DNA from: a virus
Virus record (IMG/VR): IMGVR_UViG_3300035494_000048
DNA: 43,725 nt
Direction: 5' to 3' (one strand)
The position numbers and the translations under genes are program-made. The notes below the pieces were generated by a model that was not told the origin of the DNA, made no database searches, and saw only the letters and a program-made list of their open reading frames with translations. Positions 7,346 through 17,586 of the stretch are shown in pieces (within the stretch, counting starts at the first letter, position 1; each line of letters begins with the position of its first letter).

Positions 7346-9654
7346 TGGGCAACAGCATCATTCAGCCGTCGTTCGCTGCGGGCGAACTGGCGCCGTCACT
7401 CTACGCGCGCGTCGATCTGGCCAGATACCAGACCGGCCTGCGTCTGTGCTCGAATTTCTTTGTGATGCCTTACGGCGGCGTCAAGAATCGCCCAGGAACC
7501 CGATTCATCTACGAGGCCAAGGGCAGCGGGAAGGCCCGCCTGATCCCGTTCCAGTTCAATGATGAGCAGACCTATGTCCTAGAGTTCGGCGACCTCTACA
7601 TGCGCGTCTACAAGGACGGCGGCATCGTAGAGTCCAGCCCTGGCGTGCCGTATGAGATCGTCACGCCGTTTACCGAGGCGCAACTGTTCGACCTGAACTA
7701 CACGCAGTCGGCTGATGTGATGACGATTGTTCACCCGTCGCATGCGCCGCGCGAGCTGTCGCGCTTAGATCACGACAACTGGACGCTGGCGGCGATCAGT
7801 TTTGTGCCGAGCATCAATGCGCCGACAGGCCTTTCTGCCGCCGCGCGCTCTGGAGGCTCTGGCGATACGACGACCTTCCGCTACGTAATCACTGCCGTAT
7901 CGGATAGCGAGGTTCCCGAAGAAAGTCTGCCGTCAGCTGCAGCCAGCGTGGCCAGCTGGGATAGCAAGCCCGGCGCCGTGCTTAGCTGGTCTGCGGTCAC
8001 TGGCGCCGACTATTACAACGTCTACAAGGACAACAACGGTTCCGGCATTTACGGCTTCATCGGCCGCGCGGACAGTGTTGCATTCACCGACAACAACATT
8101 TCGCCGACCAAGACAGACACCCCGCCGACTGGAAACAACCCGTTCGTTGGCGCTGGCAACTACCCCGGAGCCGTCGGCTACTACCAGCAGCGCCTGTGCT
8201 TCGCCGGAAGCAATCTGAAGCCACAGACCATCTGGATGAGCAAGACTGGAAACTTCAAGAACTTCGGCTATGCGACGCCGGTCAAGGACGACGACTCGAT
8301 CACCCTGACCATCGCCGCGCGCCAGGTTCATCGCTTCCGCCATCTGCTCCCGCTTCGGCAGCTGCTCGGGCTGACAACTGGCGGTGAGTGGGTAATCGCA
8401 GGCGATGACGCCGGCATCACGCCGAAGAACGTCAAGGCGGACATCCAGAGCTACAACGGCATCTCCAAGATTCCGCCGATCGTCATCAACGACAGTGCGA
8501 TCTACGTGCAGCAACGCGGCAATGCCGTGTCCTCGCTGGCCTACACCTTCGAAAGCGACGGGTTCTCCGGCGACGACCTGACCAAGTTCTCGCCGCACTT
8601 CTTCCGCGGGCATACGCTGGTCGACTGGACGTACCAGCAGGTGCCTGACCGCCTCGTCTGGGCGGTGCGTGATGATGGCGCGATGCTTGGAATGACGTTC
8701 CTGCCAGAGGAGCAGCTGCTGGCCTGGCATCAGCATCACACCGATGGCGCTGTAGAGTCGGTGTGCGGCATTGCAGAGGGCGGAGAGGACGCTCTTTACT
8801 TGCTAGTCAACCGCACGATCAATGGCGCCACGAAGCGCTATATCGAGCGACTAGAGACGCGCCAGATCGAGGATATCGAAGACGCGTTCTTTGTCGACTG
8901 CGGGCTGACCTATGACGGCCGAAACCATGCCGCCAACGAGACACTGACACTCAGCGGCGGAACGGACTGGAAGTATCCAGAGGAAGTCACCGTAACGGCC
9001 GTCGGGCATTCGTCGTTCAGTGCCGGCCTGATCGGTCGCCGCCTGCGTCTGCGGGACGGTGATGAAATTGTGCGAATTGAGCTGACGGGCTTCACGTCGT
9101 CCACTGTGATGACGGCCAAGCTGCTCGAGATATGCCCAGAGTCGCTGCGAGACGTGGCGGTGAGCGATTGGGCGCTGATGGCCACAACCGTGTCTGGCCT
9201 GTCCCACCTCGAGGGCAAGACCGTTTCCGTGCTGGTAGACGGCGACGTGCACCCGCAGCGCGTTGTGACTGGCGGGTCGATTACCCTGCAGTCGTCCGCC
9301 GCAGTGGTGCATGTTGGCCTGCCGTATGTGGCGGAGATCGAGACGCTCGAGATCGACGTGCCAGGCAACGAGACATTGCTCGACAAGCGCAAGATCATCC
9401 CCAGCGTCACGGTGTACGTCGAGGAGTCACGCGGTTTCATGGCCGGGCGCAAGAAGGGCGACAAGCTCTACGAGCAGAAGCCCGAATATCGCCAGCGCTA
9501 CAACGCACCGATTCCGCTGCTGACAGGCCCGAGCGAACTCAAGATCAGCTCCGTGTGGGACGAGTCTGGTCGCGTCTACATCCAGCAGGCAGATCCGCTC
9601 CCGCTCACCGTCCTTGCTGTGATTCCCGAGGTGACTGTCAGTGGTAAAAGCTGA
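7345..9654 (+). CDS. Tail tubular protein B / nozzle-like (T7 gp12 position)
   Basis: 769 aa. N-terminus IIQPSFAAGELAPSLYARVDLARYQTGLRLC.NFFV.PYGGVKNRPGT. Start overlaps the upstream stop (TGATG). Confidence 0.6.
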   Translation: MGNSIIQPSFAAGELAPSLYARVDLARYQTGLRLCSNFFVMPYGGVKNRPGTRFIYEAKGSGKARLIPFQFNDEQTYVLEFGDLYMRVYKDGGIVESSPGVPYEIVTPFTEAQLFDLNYTQSADVMTIVHPSHAPRELSRLDHDNWTLAAISFVPSINAPTGLSAAARSGGSGDTTTFRYVITAVSDSEVPEESLPSAAASVASWDSKPGAVLSWSAVTGADYYNVYKDNNGSGIYGFIGRADSVAFTDNNISPTKTDTPPTGNNPFVGAGNYPGAVGYYQQRLCFAGSNLKPQTIWMSKTGNFKNFGYATPVKDDDSITLTIAARQVHRFRHLLPLRQLLGLTTGGEWVIAGDDAGITPKNVKADIQSYNGISKIPPIVINDSAIYVQQRGNAVSSLAYTFESDGFSGDDLTKFSPHFFRGHTLVDWTYQQVPDRLVWAVRDDGAMLGMTFLPEEQLLAWHQHHTDGAVESVCGIAEGGEDALYLLVNRTINGATKRYIERLETRQIEDIEDAFFVDCGLTYDGRNHAANETLTLSGGTDWKYPEEVTVTAVGHSSFSAGLIGRRLRLRDGDEIVRIELTGFTSSTVMTAKLLEICPESLRDVAVSDWALMATTVSGLSHLEGKTVSVLVDGDVHPQRVVTGGSITLQSSAAVVHVGLPYVAEIETLEIDVPGNETLLDKRKIIPSVTVYVEESRGFMAGRKKGDKLYEQKPEYRQRYNAPIPLLTGPSELKISSVWDESGRVYIQQADPLPLTVLAVIPEVTVSGKS

Positions 9655-10108
9655 AGTTTTGCCGCTGTGCGAGGCGGATATCGACGCGATCCTGCCGGAC
9701 ATCCGCCAGGCCGACCGCGACGAGATAGAGGAAGCCCTGCAAACGCCCATGCGCAAAGCTCTTGCCGATGCGCTGGCCAACCATTGCAAGGCGTCAAAAA
9801 TCGTCGTGAGCGGCCTCGTGGTGGCTGTATTCGGTGATTCTCGGCATTCGGCAGAGGCCGGGGTTCCTTGGCTGATCAGCACGCGCCATGTCGAGCGTTT
9901 TCCGAAGGCGTTCCTGCAGGTCTGCAAGCCGGAGGTAGCAGAAATGCTCACGCGCCATGAGGTGCTGGTCAACTACGTCGATGTCCGCAACGCGGCGGCC
10001 ATTCGCTGGCTGCGCTGGCTCGGCTTCACCTTCGGCGATCCTGAGCCATACGGGCCGCTTGGCCTCCCGTTTCACTGTTTTTGGATGAGGCGCCAATCAT
10101 GTGCGTGA
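9641..10108 (+). CDS. Internal virion protein A-like (T7 gp13 / DUF2833-like, GNAT-like fold suspected)
   Basis: 155 aa in the gp13 position after the nozzle. Start is uncertain: GTG 9641 overlaps the upstream gene, and TTG 9659 is an alternative. Confidence 0.45.
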   Translation: MVKAEVLPLCEADIDAILPDIRQADRDEIEEALQTPMRKALADALANHCKASKIVVSGLVVAVFGDSRHSAEAGVPWLISTRHVERFPKAFLQVCKPEVAEMLTRHEVLVNYVDVRNAAAIRWLRWLGFTFGDPEPYGPLGLPFHCFWMRRQSCA

Positions 10109-10536
10109 GTAACCTGTTCAACGCTTACGCGAGCTATGAGCAAGGCAAGTACCTAGACGAAGTGGCCAAGGTAAATGCCGGAATCTCGAACCAGGCCGCG
10201 AGGGATGCCATCAAGCGCGGCAGCATTGAAGCAGACGAGCAGCGCAAAACCACGCAGCAGGTCATCGGTGCACAGCGCACAGGTTTCGCGGCAGGCAACA
10301 TCGACGTGAACACTGGCTCGGCCGGACAGGTGCAGAACGACGCCGCAGCGCTGGGCGAGCTTGACGCGCTTACGATCATCAACAACGCCGCGCGCGAGGC
10401 CTACGGCTACCGGGTGCAGGCGATGGATCAGCGGCAGCAAGGCAAGCTGGCGAAGTGGCAAGGCAAGATGGAAGCGTTTGGTTCTATCCTGGGCGGCGCC
10501 GAGAAGGGCGCCATGTTTGCAGCTGGAGGCGCCTGA
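10099..10536 (+). CDS. Internal virion protein (gp14 position)
   Basis: About 145 aa, Ala/Gly/Gln-rich (GFAAGNIDVNTGSAGQV). ATG 10099 chosen within track ORF 10081..10536. Confidence 0.5.
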   Translation: MCVSNLFNAYASYEQGKYLDEVAKVNAGISNQAARDAIKRGSIEADEQRKTTQQVIGAQRTGFAAGNIDVNTGSAGQVQNDAAALGELDALTIINNAAREAYGYRVQAMDQRQQGKLAKWQGKMEAFGSILGGAEKGAMFAAGGA

Positions 10537-12644
10537 TGGCACGAGTCCCCGATTACTCGCAGCGCCAAGTCAGCGTGCGTCCGGTGAGCTCCAACGGGTT
10601 CAGCATGCGGGCTCCGGACGCTTCAGGCTTCACCCGCGGCCTTGAGCAGGCAGAGAATGCCATGCTGCGCCAGGTCGAAAAAGAGCGCGAGAACGCTAAT
10701 CGAGCAGCCCTGCTCGAGGCCGACAAGCAGCTGACCGACTGGCAGCACAACACGCTGTTCAACCCGGAAAGCGGCGTGTACACCCGCAAGGGCAAGAACG
10801 CGCTCGACGTGACCAACAACACGCTTGCTCAGTTCGAGGAGGCGCAGGCGAAGATCGCTGACGGTCTCAAATCAGAAGAGCAGCGTGCCCTGTTCACCCA
10901 GGTTGCTGCGCAGCGCCGTGAGTCCATCTCGCGCGAGCTGAACCGCTACGAATACGGCGAGCGCCAGCGCTACTACGACGACGTCGACCGCGGTCAGCTC
11001 GAGACGGCCATGCAGGGCGCCGCGCTGAACTACAACAACCCGGAGAAGATTGCCTACTACCAGCGCTCGGCCAATGAGGTATTGAAGGCGCAGGCTGAGC
11101 GCAAAGGCCTCCCGGAGGAGATGCTGCAGGCCAACCTGCTCCAGGCCAACAGCGGCATGGCGACGGCCGTTATCTCGCGCATGGTCAACGAGGATCCGGG
11201 GCGCGCTAAGCAGTATTTTGAGACTGCGCAAGGGCAGATGACTGCCGACGACCAGGTGCGTGTATCGAATCTGATCGACCGCGAGATCAAGCGCCGCGAA
11301 ATCGAGGCCAGGCAGATTCAGGCGATCGCCCGGGCGGAACTGTCGAGTCGCGTGTCTGATGCGCAGTCGGCCTACCTGTCCGGCTACGAGTTCGACAACC
11401 CGCCGAGCAAGTCTGACTTCATCGCGTCGTATGGTGCACAAGAAGGTGCAGACCGCTACGCGCAGTTCGAGAAGACTCAGCAGATCGGAAGTGCTATTCG
11501 CCAGGTGGCAATGGCCTCTCCCGAAGAGCGCGTCAAGCTGATCGAACAGTTCCAGCCGGCCCGCGATGGCGTCGCCAAGGAAGGGTTTGCGGTCGACTCC
11601 AAGCTGTTCGGCCAGTTGGTCAACACGGCGTCACGCCTTGGCGAAGAGCTGCAGCGCGATCCTGCGACCTATGTTGCCAGTCGCAGCCCCCTGCTACGCA
11701 AGGCGGCCGAGGACGCAGCAGCAGGCGATCCCGCGGCCGTCGAGGCTTACGCAACGGCCATGCTTGCCGAGCAGCAACGCCTTGGCGCGTCTCAACCCAA
11801 GCTGTTGAGCGAGAAACAGGCCGCCGGCATTGCCGCCGCTTTCGAAAGTACCGAAGACGGCGGGAGCAACGCGGCAAAGCTCGTTGAGCAGCTGCAGCAG
11901 CAGTGGGGCAAACACTGGCCCACGGTCTATAAGCAACTGCAAGACAAGCTGCCAGGGGCCGCGCTGGTGATTGGCTCCGGCGTCGATCCGCAAACCAGTG
12001 CCACGCTGGCCCGGATTGCTTCGTTGAAGACTGAAGAACTTAAGAAAGGTCTCGACAGTACAGAGACGCGCGACGCCAAGCTTGCGCTGAACGAAGGCAT
12101 GGCTGAGTTCCGCAACACCCTTGCCGGTCAAGTTGGCGGCGAGCGCACGTTCTCTACGCTCTACAACGAAGCCGAACGCCTGGCCTATGCCTACATGGGG
12201 CAGGGCAAGGGCGCGCGGGACGCGGTCGAACTGGCGAAGAAAGCGCTCATCGATGACAAGTACACGCTGCTTGGCACGTACCGCGTGCCGAAGTCCTTTA
12301 ATGCCGATATCGTCGAAACTGGTGCAGAACGAGCTATTGAGGGGCTAGACCCTGAGTCGCTTCAGTTTTCAGTTCCTTCTGGTATCGACGAGAAGTTCGC
12401 TAAAGAGCGCGTAAAAGCAGCCATCAGCAAAGACGGGTATTGGGTCACACTCCCCGACGAAAGTGGCGTGGCGCTCTACTATGGCGGCGAAGCAGTGCTT
12501 GACAAGCAAGGCCAGCCGGTCACGCGCAGCTTTGACGAGCTTACTTCGAAAGCGGCCGAGGATCCTAGTGCGTGGCAGCGATTCAACGAAGGCCGCAAGC
12601 AGATGAACAATGCCAACGCGCCGTCTGGGACATGGGGTAGATAA
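10536..12644 (+). CDS. Internal virion / ejection protein (gp15 position)
   Basis: 702 aa from ATG 10536, which overlaps the upstream TGA (TGATG). Helical and Ala/Gln/Glu-rich. Confidence 0.6.
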   Translation: MARVPDYSQRQVSVRPVSSNGFSMRAPDASGFTRGLEQAENAMLRQVEKERENANRAALLEADKQLTDWQHNTLFNPESGVYTRKGKNALDVTNNTLAQFEEAQAKIADGLKSEEQRALFTQVAAQRRESISRELNRYEYGERQRYYDDVDRGQLETAMQGAALNYNNPEKIAYYQRSANEVLKAQAERKGLPEEMLQANLLQANSGMATAVISRMVNEDPGRAKQYFETAQGQMTADDQVRVSNLIDREIKRREIEARQIQAIARAELSSRVSDAQSAYLSGYEFDNPPSKSDFIASYGAQEGADRYAQFEKTQQIGSAIRQVAMASPEERVKLIEQFQPARDGVAKEGFAVDSKLFGQLVNTASRLGEELQRDPATYVASRSPLLRKAAEDAAAGDPAAVEAYATAMLAEQQRLGASQPKLLSEKQAAGIAAAFESTEDGGSNAAKLVEQLQQQWGKHWPTVYKQLQDKLPGAALVIGSGVDPQTSATLARIASLKTEELKKGLDSTETRDAKLALNEGMAEFRNTLAGQVGGERTFSTLYNEAERLAYAYMGQGKGARDAVELAKKALIDDKYTLLGTYRVPKSFNADIVETGAERAIEGLDPESLQFSVPSGIDEKFAKERVKAAISKDGYWVTLPDESGVALYYGGEAVLDKQGQPVTRSFDELTSKAAEDPSAWQRFNEGRKQMNNANAPSGTWGR

Positions 12645-14377
12645 TGACGCTATTCACCGATGGGCTGATCATCCGCCGCGACCGAAACCTGCTCGATGAC
12701 GTTGTCACTGGGCAGTTCGACGCGGCAGAAGCGTCGTTCGACCAGGCGATGTTCGAGAACCCGACCAGCGCCGCGCGCCGCATCGGTGAGCTGAATCGTG
12801 CAGAGCAGGGCAGGGTAGAGATGCAGGCCTATCCGGCCTATGGCATCCCTGAGCGCCGCGCGGAGCCGGAAACCCCGCTGCTGACCGCTGAGCAGGCCCG
12901 CGCTCGCATCAAGGAGGAAGGCCTTGATCTGACTGTCGAGGACTCAGGCATCAGAGCCGGTGCGCTGGACATCCTGATCGAGCGAAAGCGGGAGGAGGTC
13001 AAGCGGAAATTCATTCTTGATAACGCTCCCGCGTCCACTGTGCCGGTTCAGCTGCTTGCCGGTTTCGCGGCGTCTGCGCTGGATCCGATCAACGTGGCGT
13101 CCGCGTTTGTGCCGGTTGTAGGTGAGGCGCGCTATGCCTCTCTGCTTGCCCGGGCCGGGCAGTCTGCCATGGCAAGGGCTGCCGTGCGCGCCCAGGTTGG
13201 CGCAGTTGAAGGTGCGGTTGGTGCTGCGCTGGTGGAGCCGCTTGTGCTCTATGCATCAGCCCGCGATCAGGCCGATTACGACCTGACCAATAGCCTGCTC
13301 AACGTGGCATTTGGCTCGGTTATGGGTGGAGGCCTGCATGCGGCCGGCGGCCTGGTCAGCGATCTTCGGCGTGGCAACCTGCTCGAGCAAGTCAGGGTCG
13401 AGTCACTGGCAAAAGCTCCGCAAGGCGCTGAGGTCAGGGCGACGACGCCAGAGATCGCACTACGGCGCGGCGACGATGATCCCATGCTTCGCCTGAGTGA
13501 CTCGCTGGCCAGGGGCATCGAGGCTGACCGTGTGCGGATTGCCGAAGCCTCCGCTATTCAAGCGCGTGACGATCTGGTCCCGCATATTCGTGCAGAGCTT
13601 GAAGTAGTAGCTGCCGGCCGCCTGCCTAACGTAGGAGATCTCAAAACCGAGCGCAGTGCCATTGAGAAAAGCCTGGCGTCGCTGGATGAGTCTTACAGCG
13701 TGCGGGCCAAGGATTTCCAGCGGCAGGGCCTTACGCGCAAACAGGCAGAGCGTGCGGCGCGTGACGCAATCACCGAGGAGCGACAGCGCCTCACTGAGCG
13801 TCAGCAAGAGGTCGAAACAGCTCTTTCTGGAAACGCTCGAGCAGAGCAGGCCCGCGCCGAGCTATCACGCCTGCGTCGTGGAGAGATCCCCGAGCGCTAC
13901 CAGGCCAAGATAGCAGAACGTGCAGGTCAGATTGCTGGGGGCTTTGACTTGCGCCAGACGGCCAGGGCGATGGCTGAGGCGGCTCCATGGCAGGTGCGTG
14001 AGAGCGCACTGCGCACTGCAGTGGCACAGGCCGTTACGGGGCGCCCGATCGACGTTGAGCTGCTCTTCCACCTTGCCGACCCTGCGAAGCGCAAAGCAGC
14101 TCTTGAACGTATCAAGGAGCCAGTCAAAACGGTTTCTGACCCTGAAGGCGAAGCTGCTGCCTACATGGCCGACGAAACGGCCGACGCGCTGGACGGTACC
14201 GATCTTGAAGGCGCCGAGCGAATGCTTGCCGATGAGCTTGCCTTGACGCAGGAAATGGCCTCACAGGCCGGCGTCGACGTGGCTCCTTTCGTTCGTGAGG
14301 CTGACGCTCTGGTCGCAGATGCCGAAACCTTTGCCGCCGCTTATCGCGCCGCGGCGCTTTGTCAGTTGAGGACGTAA
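12644..14377 (+). CDS. Internal virion / ejection protein
   Basis: 577 aa. TAATG coupling at both ends. Central hydrophobic Ala/Gly/Val segments followed by a long coiled-coil-like region. Confidence 0.55.
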   Translation: MTLFTDGLIIRRDRNLLDDVVTGQFDAAEASFDQAMFENPTSAARRIGELNRAEQGRVEMQAYPAYGIPERRAEPETPLLTAEQARARIKEEGLDLTVEDSGIRAGALDILIERKREEVKRKFILDNAPASTVPVQLLAGFAASALDPINVASAFVPVVGEARYASLLARAGQSAMARAAVRAQVGAVEGAVGAALVEPLVLYASARDQADYDLTNSLLNVAFGSVMGGGLHAAGGLVSDLRRGNLLEQVRVESLAKAPQGAEVRATTPEIALRRGDDDPMLRLSDSLARGIEADRVRIAEASAIQARDDLVPHIRAELEVVAAGRLPNVGDLKTERSAIEKSLASLDESYSVRAKDFQRQGLTRKQAERAARDAITEERQRLTERQQEVETALSGNARAEQARAELSRLRRGEIPERYQAKIAERAGQIAGGFDLRQTARAMAEAAPWQVRESALRTAVAQAVTGRPIDVELLFHLADPAKRKAALERIKEPVKTVSDPEGEAAAYMADETADALDGTDLEGAERMLADELALTQEMASQAGVDVAPFVREADALVADAETFAAAYRAAALCQLRT

Positions 14378-16929
14378 TGGCTGCTCAAGACTGCATCGAC
14401 ACTATCCAGGCCGCCGCCAAATCGGCTGGCCGAGAGCTGAGTCTGGAGGAACTGACCGAGCTGGTTGGCGATCTTCAGACGCGCATCAAGCAGCTGCAGG
14501 CCACCGATGGCATGCTAGGCCTTGAAGAAGCCGCCATGAAGGCCGCCGATGAGATGGGCAACCAGGTCAAACTGGCTGCCGTTATCGAGAAGCGCAACGC
14601 GCTGCTCAACGCTCGCCGCCGCGCCGAGCTGGTCGGCTACATCCGCAGCACCTGGTCGGATCGTCCAGACCTCGGCCTCGAGTCGTTCCTTGTCGGCACC
14701 AACGTTGCACGCCCCGGTGCGCGTCGGTCGGTCGCCGCTGAGCAGAAACAGCTCAGCCAGGCCTATATCGCCGGCTTCCTCAATGACATCGACAAAGAGG
14801 GCCTGCTGTCGTTCCTGACCCGCGGCGATCTCGACCAGGATATCGCCGACGCGCTCTGGCGTATCGGCATGGATCGTCCGCTGGACGGCCTGAGCAAGGA
14901 GGCCGTGTCGATCGCCAAGATTATGCAGAAATACCAGGAGACGGCCAGGATCGACGCGAACCGCGCGGGCGCTTTCATCCGCAAGTTGCCTGGCTACGTG
15001 GTGCGCCAGTCCCACGACCCGTACAAGATTCAGCGCGCCGGTTTCCAGCAATGGCGCGACGAGATCCTGCCGCTGTTGGACGAACGCACCTTCGAGGCTG
15101 GCTCGGACGTAGATGGCTTCCTGCTGGCCACCTACAACAATCTGGTATCTGGTGTGCACCTGAAAGCTACCACGCCAGAACCGACAGGCTTTAAAGGTCC
15201 GCGCAACCTGGCCAAGAAGGTCAGCGCCGAGCGCGTGCTGCACTTCAAGGACGGCGTTGCGTGGAACCAGTACAACAAGGTCTACGGCACCGGCTCGCTG
15301 CGCGAAGCATTCCTCGGCGGCCTTGATCGCTCGGGTGACAGCACCGGCCTGATGCGTCGCATGGGCACCAACCCTGAAAGCAACTGGAGCGCCGCGCTCG
15401 ACGAGCTTCAGCTTGATCTGAAGAATGACCCGGAAGGCCTGCGCAAATTCCAGCAGGATCGCAACGGGATGCTTAAGACTCGCTTCGCCGAGATCGACGG
15501 TACTTCGCGGATGGCAGTCAACCATGTAGGTGCCCGCGTGGCATCCAACCTGCGCGCCTGGCAGTCCATGGCCAAGCTGGGCGGCGCTGTGGTTTCTGCC
15601 GTCACCGACCTTCCGGTAGCCGCCAGTGAAATGCGCTATCAGGGAAAGGGCATGCTGTCCTCGATGGGCTCGTTGATCGGCGGGCTTGTGAGCGGCAAAA
15701 AACCTGCCGAGCAGCGTGAAATCTTATCGACGCTCGGCGTGTTCTTCGACAGCGTGCGCGGGGAAGTGGTCAGCAAGTTCAGCGCCGACGATTCGCTTGG
15801 CGGAAAGATGAGCCGAGCACAGCAGCTGTTCTTCAAGCTTAACGGCCTGACGTGGTGGACCGACACCATGCGCAGCACCGCGGCGCTCATGATGAGTCAT
15901 CACCTGGCCTACAACCGTTCACTGAACTGGGACCAGATGAACCCTGATCTGCGTCGCACGCTTGAGCTGTTCGACTTCGATGCTGGCAAGTGGGATCTGG
16001 TAAGGAGGACGGGAGCCAAGAAGGCCGACGGCCGCGAGTACATGACAGCCCAGGGCATCGACGATATCGCTGACGCGGACCTCGCCGGATACCTCACCAG
16101 CAAGGGTCGCACAGTCAACGACGCGGCTGTTGCTGAGCTGCGCGAGGAGCTGCGCGGCAGCCTGCGCAGCTACATCACTGACCGGGCCAGCTATGCGGTT
16201 ATCGAACCGGATGCCAGGACGCGAGCCATGATGCGCCGCGGTACTCAACCCGGAACCGTAGCCGGCGAGCTGCTGCGGTTCGTGGGTCAGTTCAAGGCCT
16301 TTCCGGTGGCCATCCTGCAGAAGTCGTTCGGTCGTGAACTCTACGGCCGCGGCTACCAGCCTGGCGCTTACGGCGCAAACCCTGGCCGCGAGCTGATCCA
16401 GGCTATGCGTAGTGGCAACGGCGAAAAGCTCGGCATCGCTCAGCTGATGCTGTGGACCACGCTGTTCGGCTATGGCGCGATGGCGGCGAAGGATCTGCTG
16501 AAAGGGCGCGAGCCCCGCCCGGCAGATGATCCGAAGACATGGGTGGCTGCAATGCTACAGGGCGGCGCGCTCGGGTTGTACGGCGACTTCCTGTTCGGTG
16601 AAGCCAACCGCTTCGGCGGCGGGCTCACTCAGTCGCTGTCCGGCCCGACGCTGGGTCTGATCGACGGCGGGTACGACTTGTTCACGAGGATGCGTGACGG
16701 CGACGACGCAGCAGCGGCCAGCTTCCGCTTCGCTATCCAGAACACGCCCTTCGCAAATTTGTTTTACACTCGCACAGCCATGGACTATCTGTTCCTGCAC
16801 AGCGTGCAAGAGGCCCTTAACCCTGGGGCGCTGCGCCGCATGGAGCGCCGGATAGAAAAGGAGAACGCCCAGCAGTTCCTGCTGCGGCCATCACAGACCT
16901 ACCTGGACCCGCTAGGGATTGCGAGGTAA
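14377..16929 (+). CDS. Internal virion / ejection protein (gp16 position)
   Basis: 850 aa from ATG 14377 (TAATG coupling). Largest virion-module ORF, with a C-terminal hydrophobic region. Confidence 0.6.
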   Translation: MAAQDCIDTIQAAAKSAGRELSLEELTELVGDLQTRIKQLQATDGMLGLEEAAMKAADEMGNQVKLAAVIEKRNALLNARRRAELVGYIRSTWSDRPDLGLESFLVGTNVARPGARRSVAAEQKQLSQAYIAGFLNDIDKEGLLSFLTRGDLDQDIADALWRIGMDRPLDGLSKEAVSIAKIMQKYQETARIDANRAGAFIRKLPGYVVRQSHDPYKIQRAGFQQWRDEILPLLDERTFEAGSDVDGFLLATYNNLVSGVHLKATTPEPTGFKGPRNLAKKVSAERVLHFKDGVAWNQYNKVYGTGSLREAFLGGLDRSGDSTGLMRRMGTNPESNWSAALDELQLDLKNDPEGLRKFQQDRNGMLKTRFAEIDGTSRMAVNHVGARVASNLRAWQSMAKLGGAVVSAVTDLPVAASEMRYQGKGMLSSMGSLIGGLVSGKKPAEQREILSTLGVFFDSVRGEVVSKFSADDSLGGKMSRAQQLFFKLNGLTWWTDTMRSTAALMMSHHLAYNRSLNWDQMNPDLRRTLELFDFDAGKWDLVRRTGAKKADGREYMTAQGIDDIADADLAGYLTSKGRTVNDAAVAELREELRGSLRSYITDRASYAVIEPDARTRAMMRRGTQPGTVAGELLRFVGQFKAFPVAILQKSFGRELYGRGYQPGAYGANPGRELIQAMRSGNGEKLGIAQLMLWTTLFGYGAMAAKDLLKGREPRPADDPKTWVAAMLQGGALGLYGDFLFGEANRFGGGLTQSLSGPTLGLIDGGYDLFTRMRDGDDAAAASFRFAIQNTPFANLFYTRTAMDYLFLHSVQEALNPGALRRMERRIEKENAQQFLLRPSQTYLDPLGIAR

Positions 16930-16933
16930 TTCA

Positions 16934-17197
16934 ATGCTCACGTTTTTAGCCATCACACTGGCGCGCTTGCTGGACCCTTTGAGCATTGGGCTTTGTATGT
17001 TGGTTGCCTGGTGGATGCCTCGCCTCTGGCAGGCTATGGCTGCCAGCGCCGCAGCTTACATCGCACTAATGTTGGCGATGGGAAACCCGACAACGCCAGT
17101 AGTGTTCGCTGCCACTGCGGCGGCGGGTGCGCTCATAGGGCTGGCGGCTAATCGTCTGCGCGTTTGGCTATCGGCTCGTAAGGCCGCCAAGGCATGA
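16934..17197 (+). CDS. Small integral membrane protein (87 aa)
   Basis: MLTFLAITLARLLDPLSIGLCMLVAWW...: about 3 hydrophobic segments. Starts 5 nt after the ejection-protein stop. Confidence 0.6.
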   Translation: MLTFLAITLARLLDPLSIGLCMLVAWWMPRLWQAMAASAAAYIALMLAMGNPTTPVVFAATAAAGALIGLAANRLRVWLSARKAAKA

Positions 17198-17481
17198 GCC
17201 TTTTGATTGCTGGCTTGATCGTCTTCGTCGCGCCGCTGCTGGTAGCAGTGGCCGTCGGCCTCGTGCTGCCAGATCATGCTCGGCTGTACGGAATAATCGT
17301 TGCGTACTTGTTCGCATCGGTGGTAGCCGTGTCTGTCGCCGCTGAGCGGTATCACGGCCGTATTCGGTCAGCTGGCGACTTGCTTGTCTCTGCGCGTGAC
17401 GGAGCAAAGGCTGCCGGATGGATTGGCCTGGCTGTCGGAGGCGTTATCGCTGCGGCATGGCTCGCCGCGCAAATGACGTAG
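17194..17481 (+). CDS. Small integral membrane protein (95 aa)
   Basis: MSLLIAGLIVFVAPLLVAVAVGLVL...: 3 hydrophobic segments. ATGA overlap with the previous gene. Confidence 0.6.
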   Translation: MSLLIAGLIVFVAPLLVAVAVGLVLPDHARLYGIIVAYLFASVVAVSVAAERYHGRIRSAGDLLVSARDGAKAAGWIGLAVGGVIAAAWLAAQMT

Positions 17482-17501
17482 CGCCAACGAAACACACAAG
17501 A

Positions 17502-17521
17502 CCCGCTTCGGCGGGTTTTTT
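17502..17521 (+). terminator. Rho-independent terminator
   Basis: cccgc-TTCG-gcggg stem-loop followed by TTTTTT. Confidence 0.8.
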
Positions 17522-17537
17522 ATTTCCCAAATTTCAG

Positions 17538-17563
17538 GCCTCGCCAATGAGCGGGGCTTTTTT
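17538..17563 (+). terminator. Second tandem rho-independent terminator
   Basis: gcctcgc-caatga-gcggggc (7 bp including one G-U) followed by TTTTTT. Confidence 0.7.
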
Positions 17564-17586
17564 ATGCCCACACGAAAGGATCGGCC

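Noticed and set aside
14515-15525. Long antisense ORFs opposite recognised genes. Examples: 14515-15525 (336 aa), 41519-42547 (342 aa), 39641-40693 (350 aa), 4888-5709 (273 aa), 2299-3066 (255 aa), 7933-8739 (268 aa), 36122-36829 (235 aa)
   Set aside because: These are typical GC-driven shadow ORFs. They are Arg/Ala/Gly/Pro-rich low-complexity translations with no RBS or coupling to neighbours. The opposite strand carries proteins with recognisable motifs and coherent operon structure.
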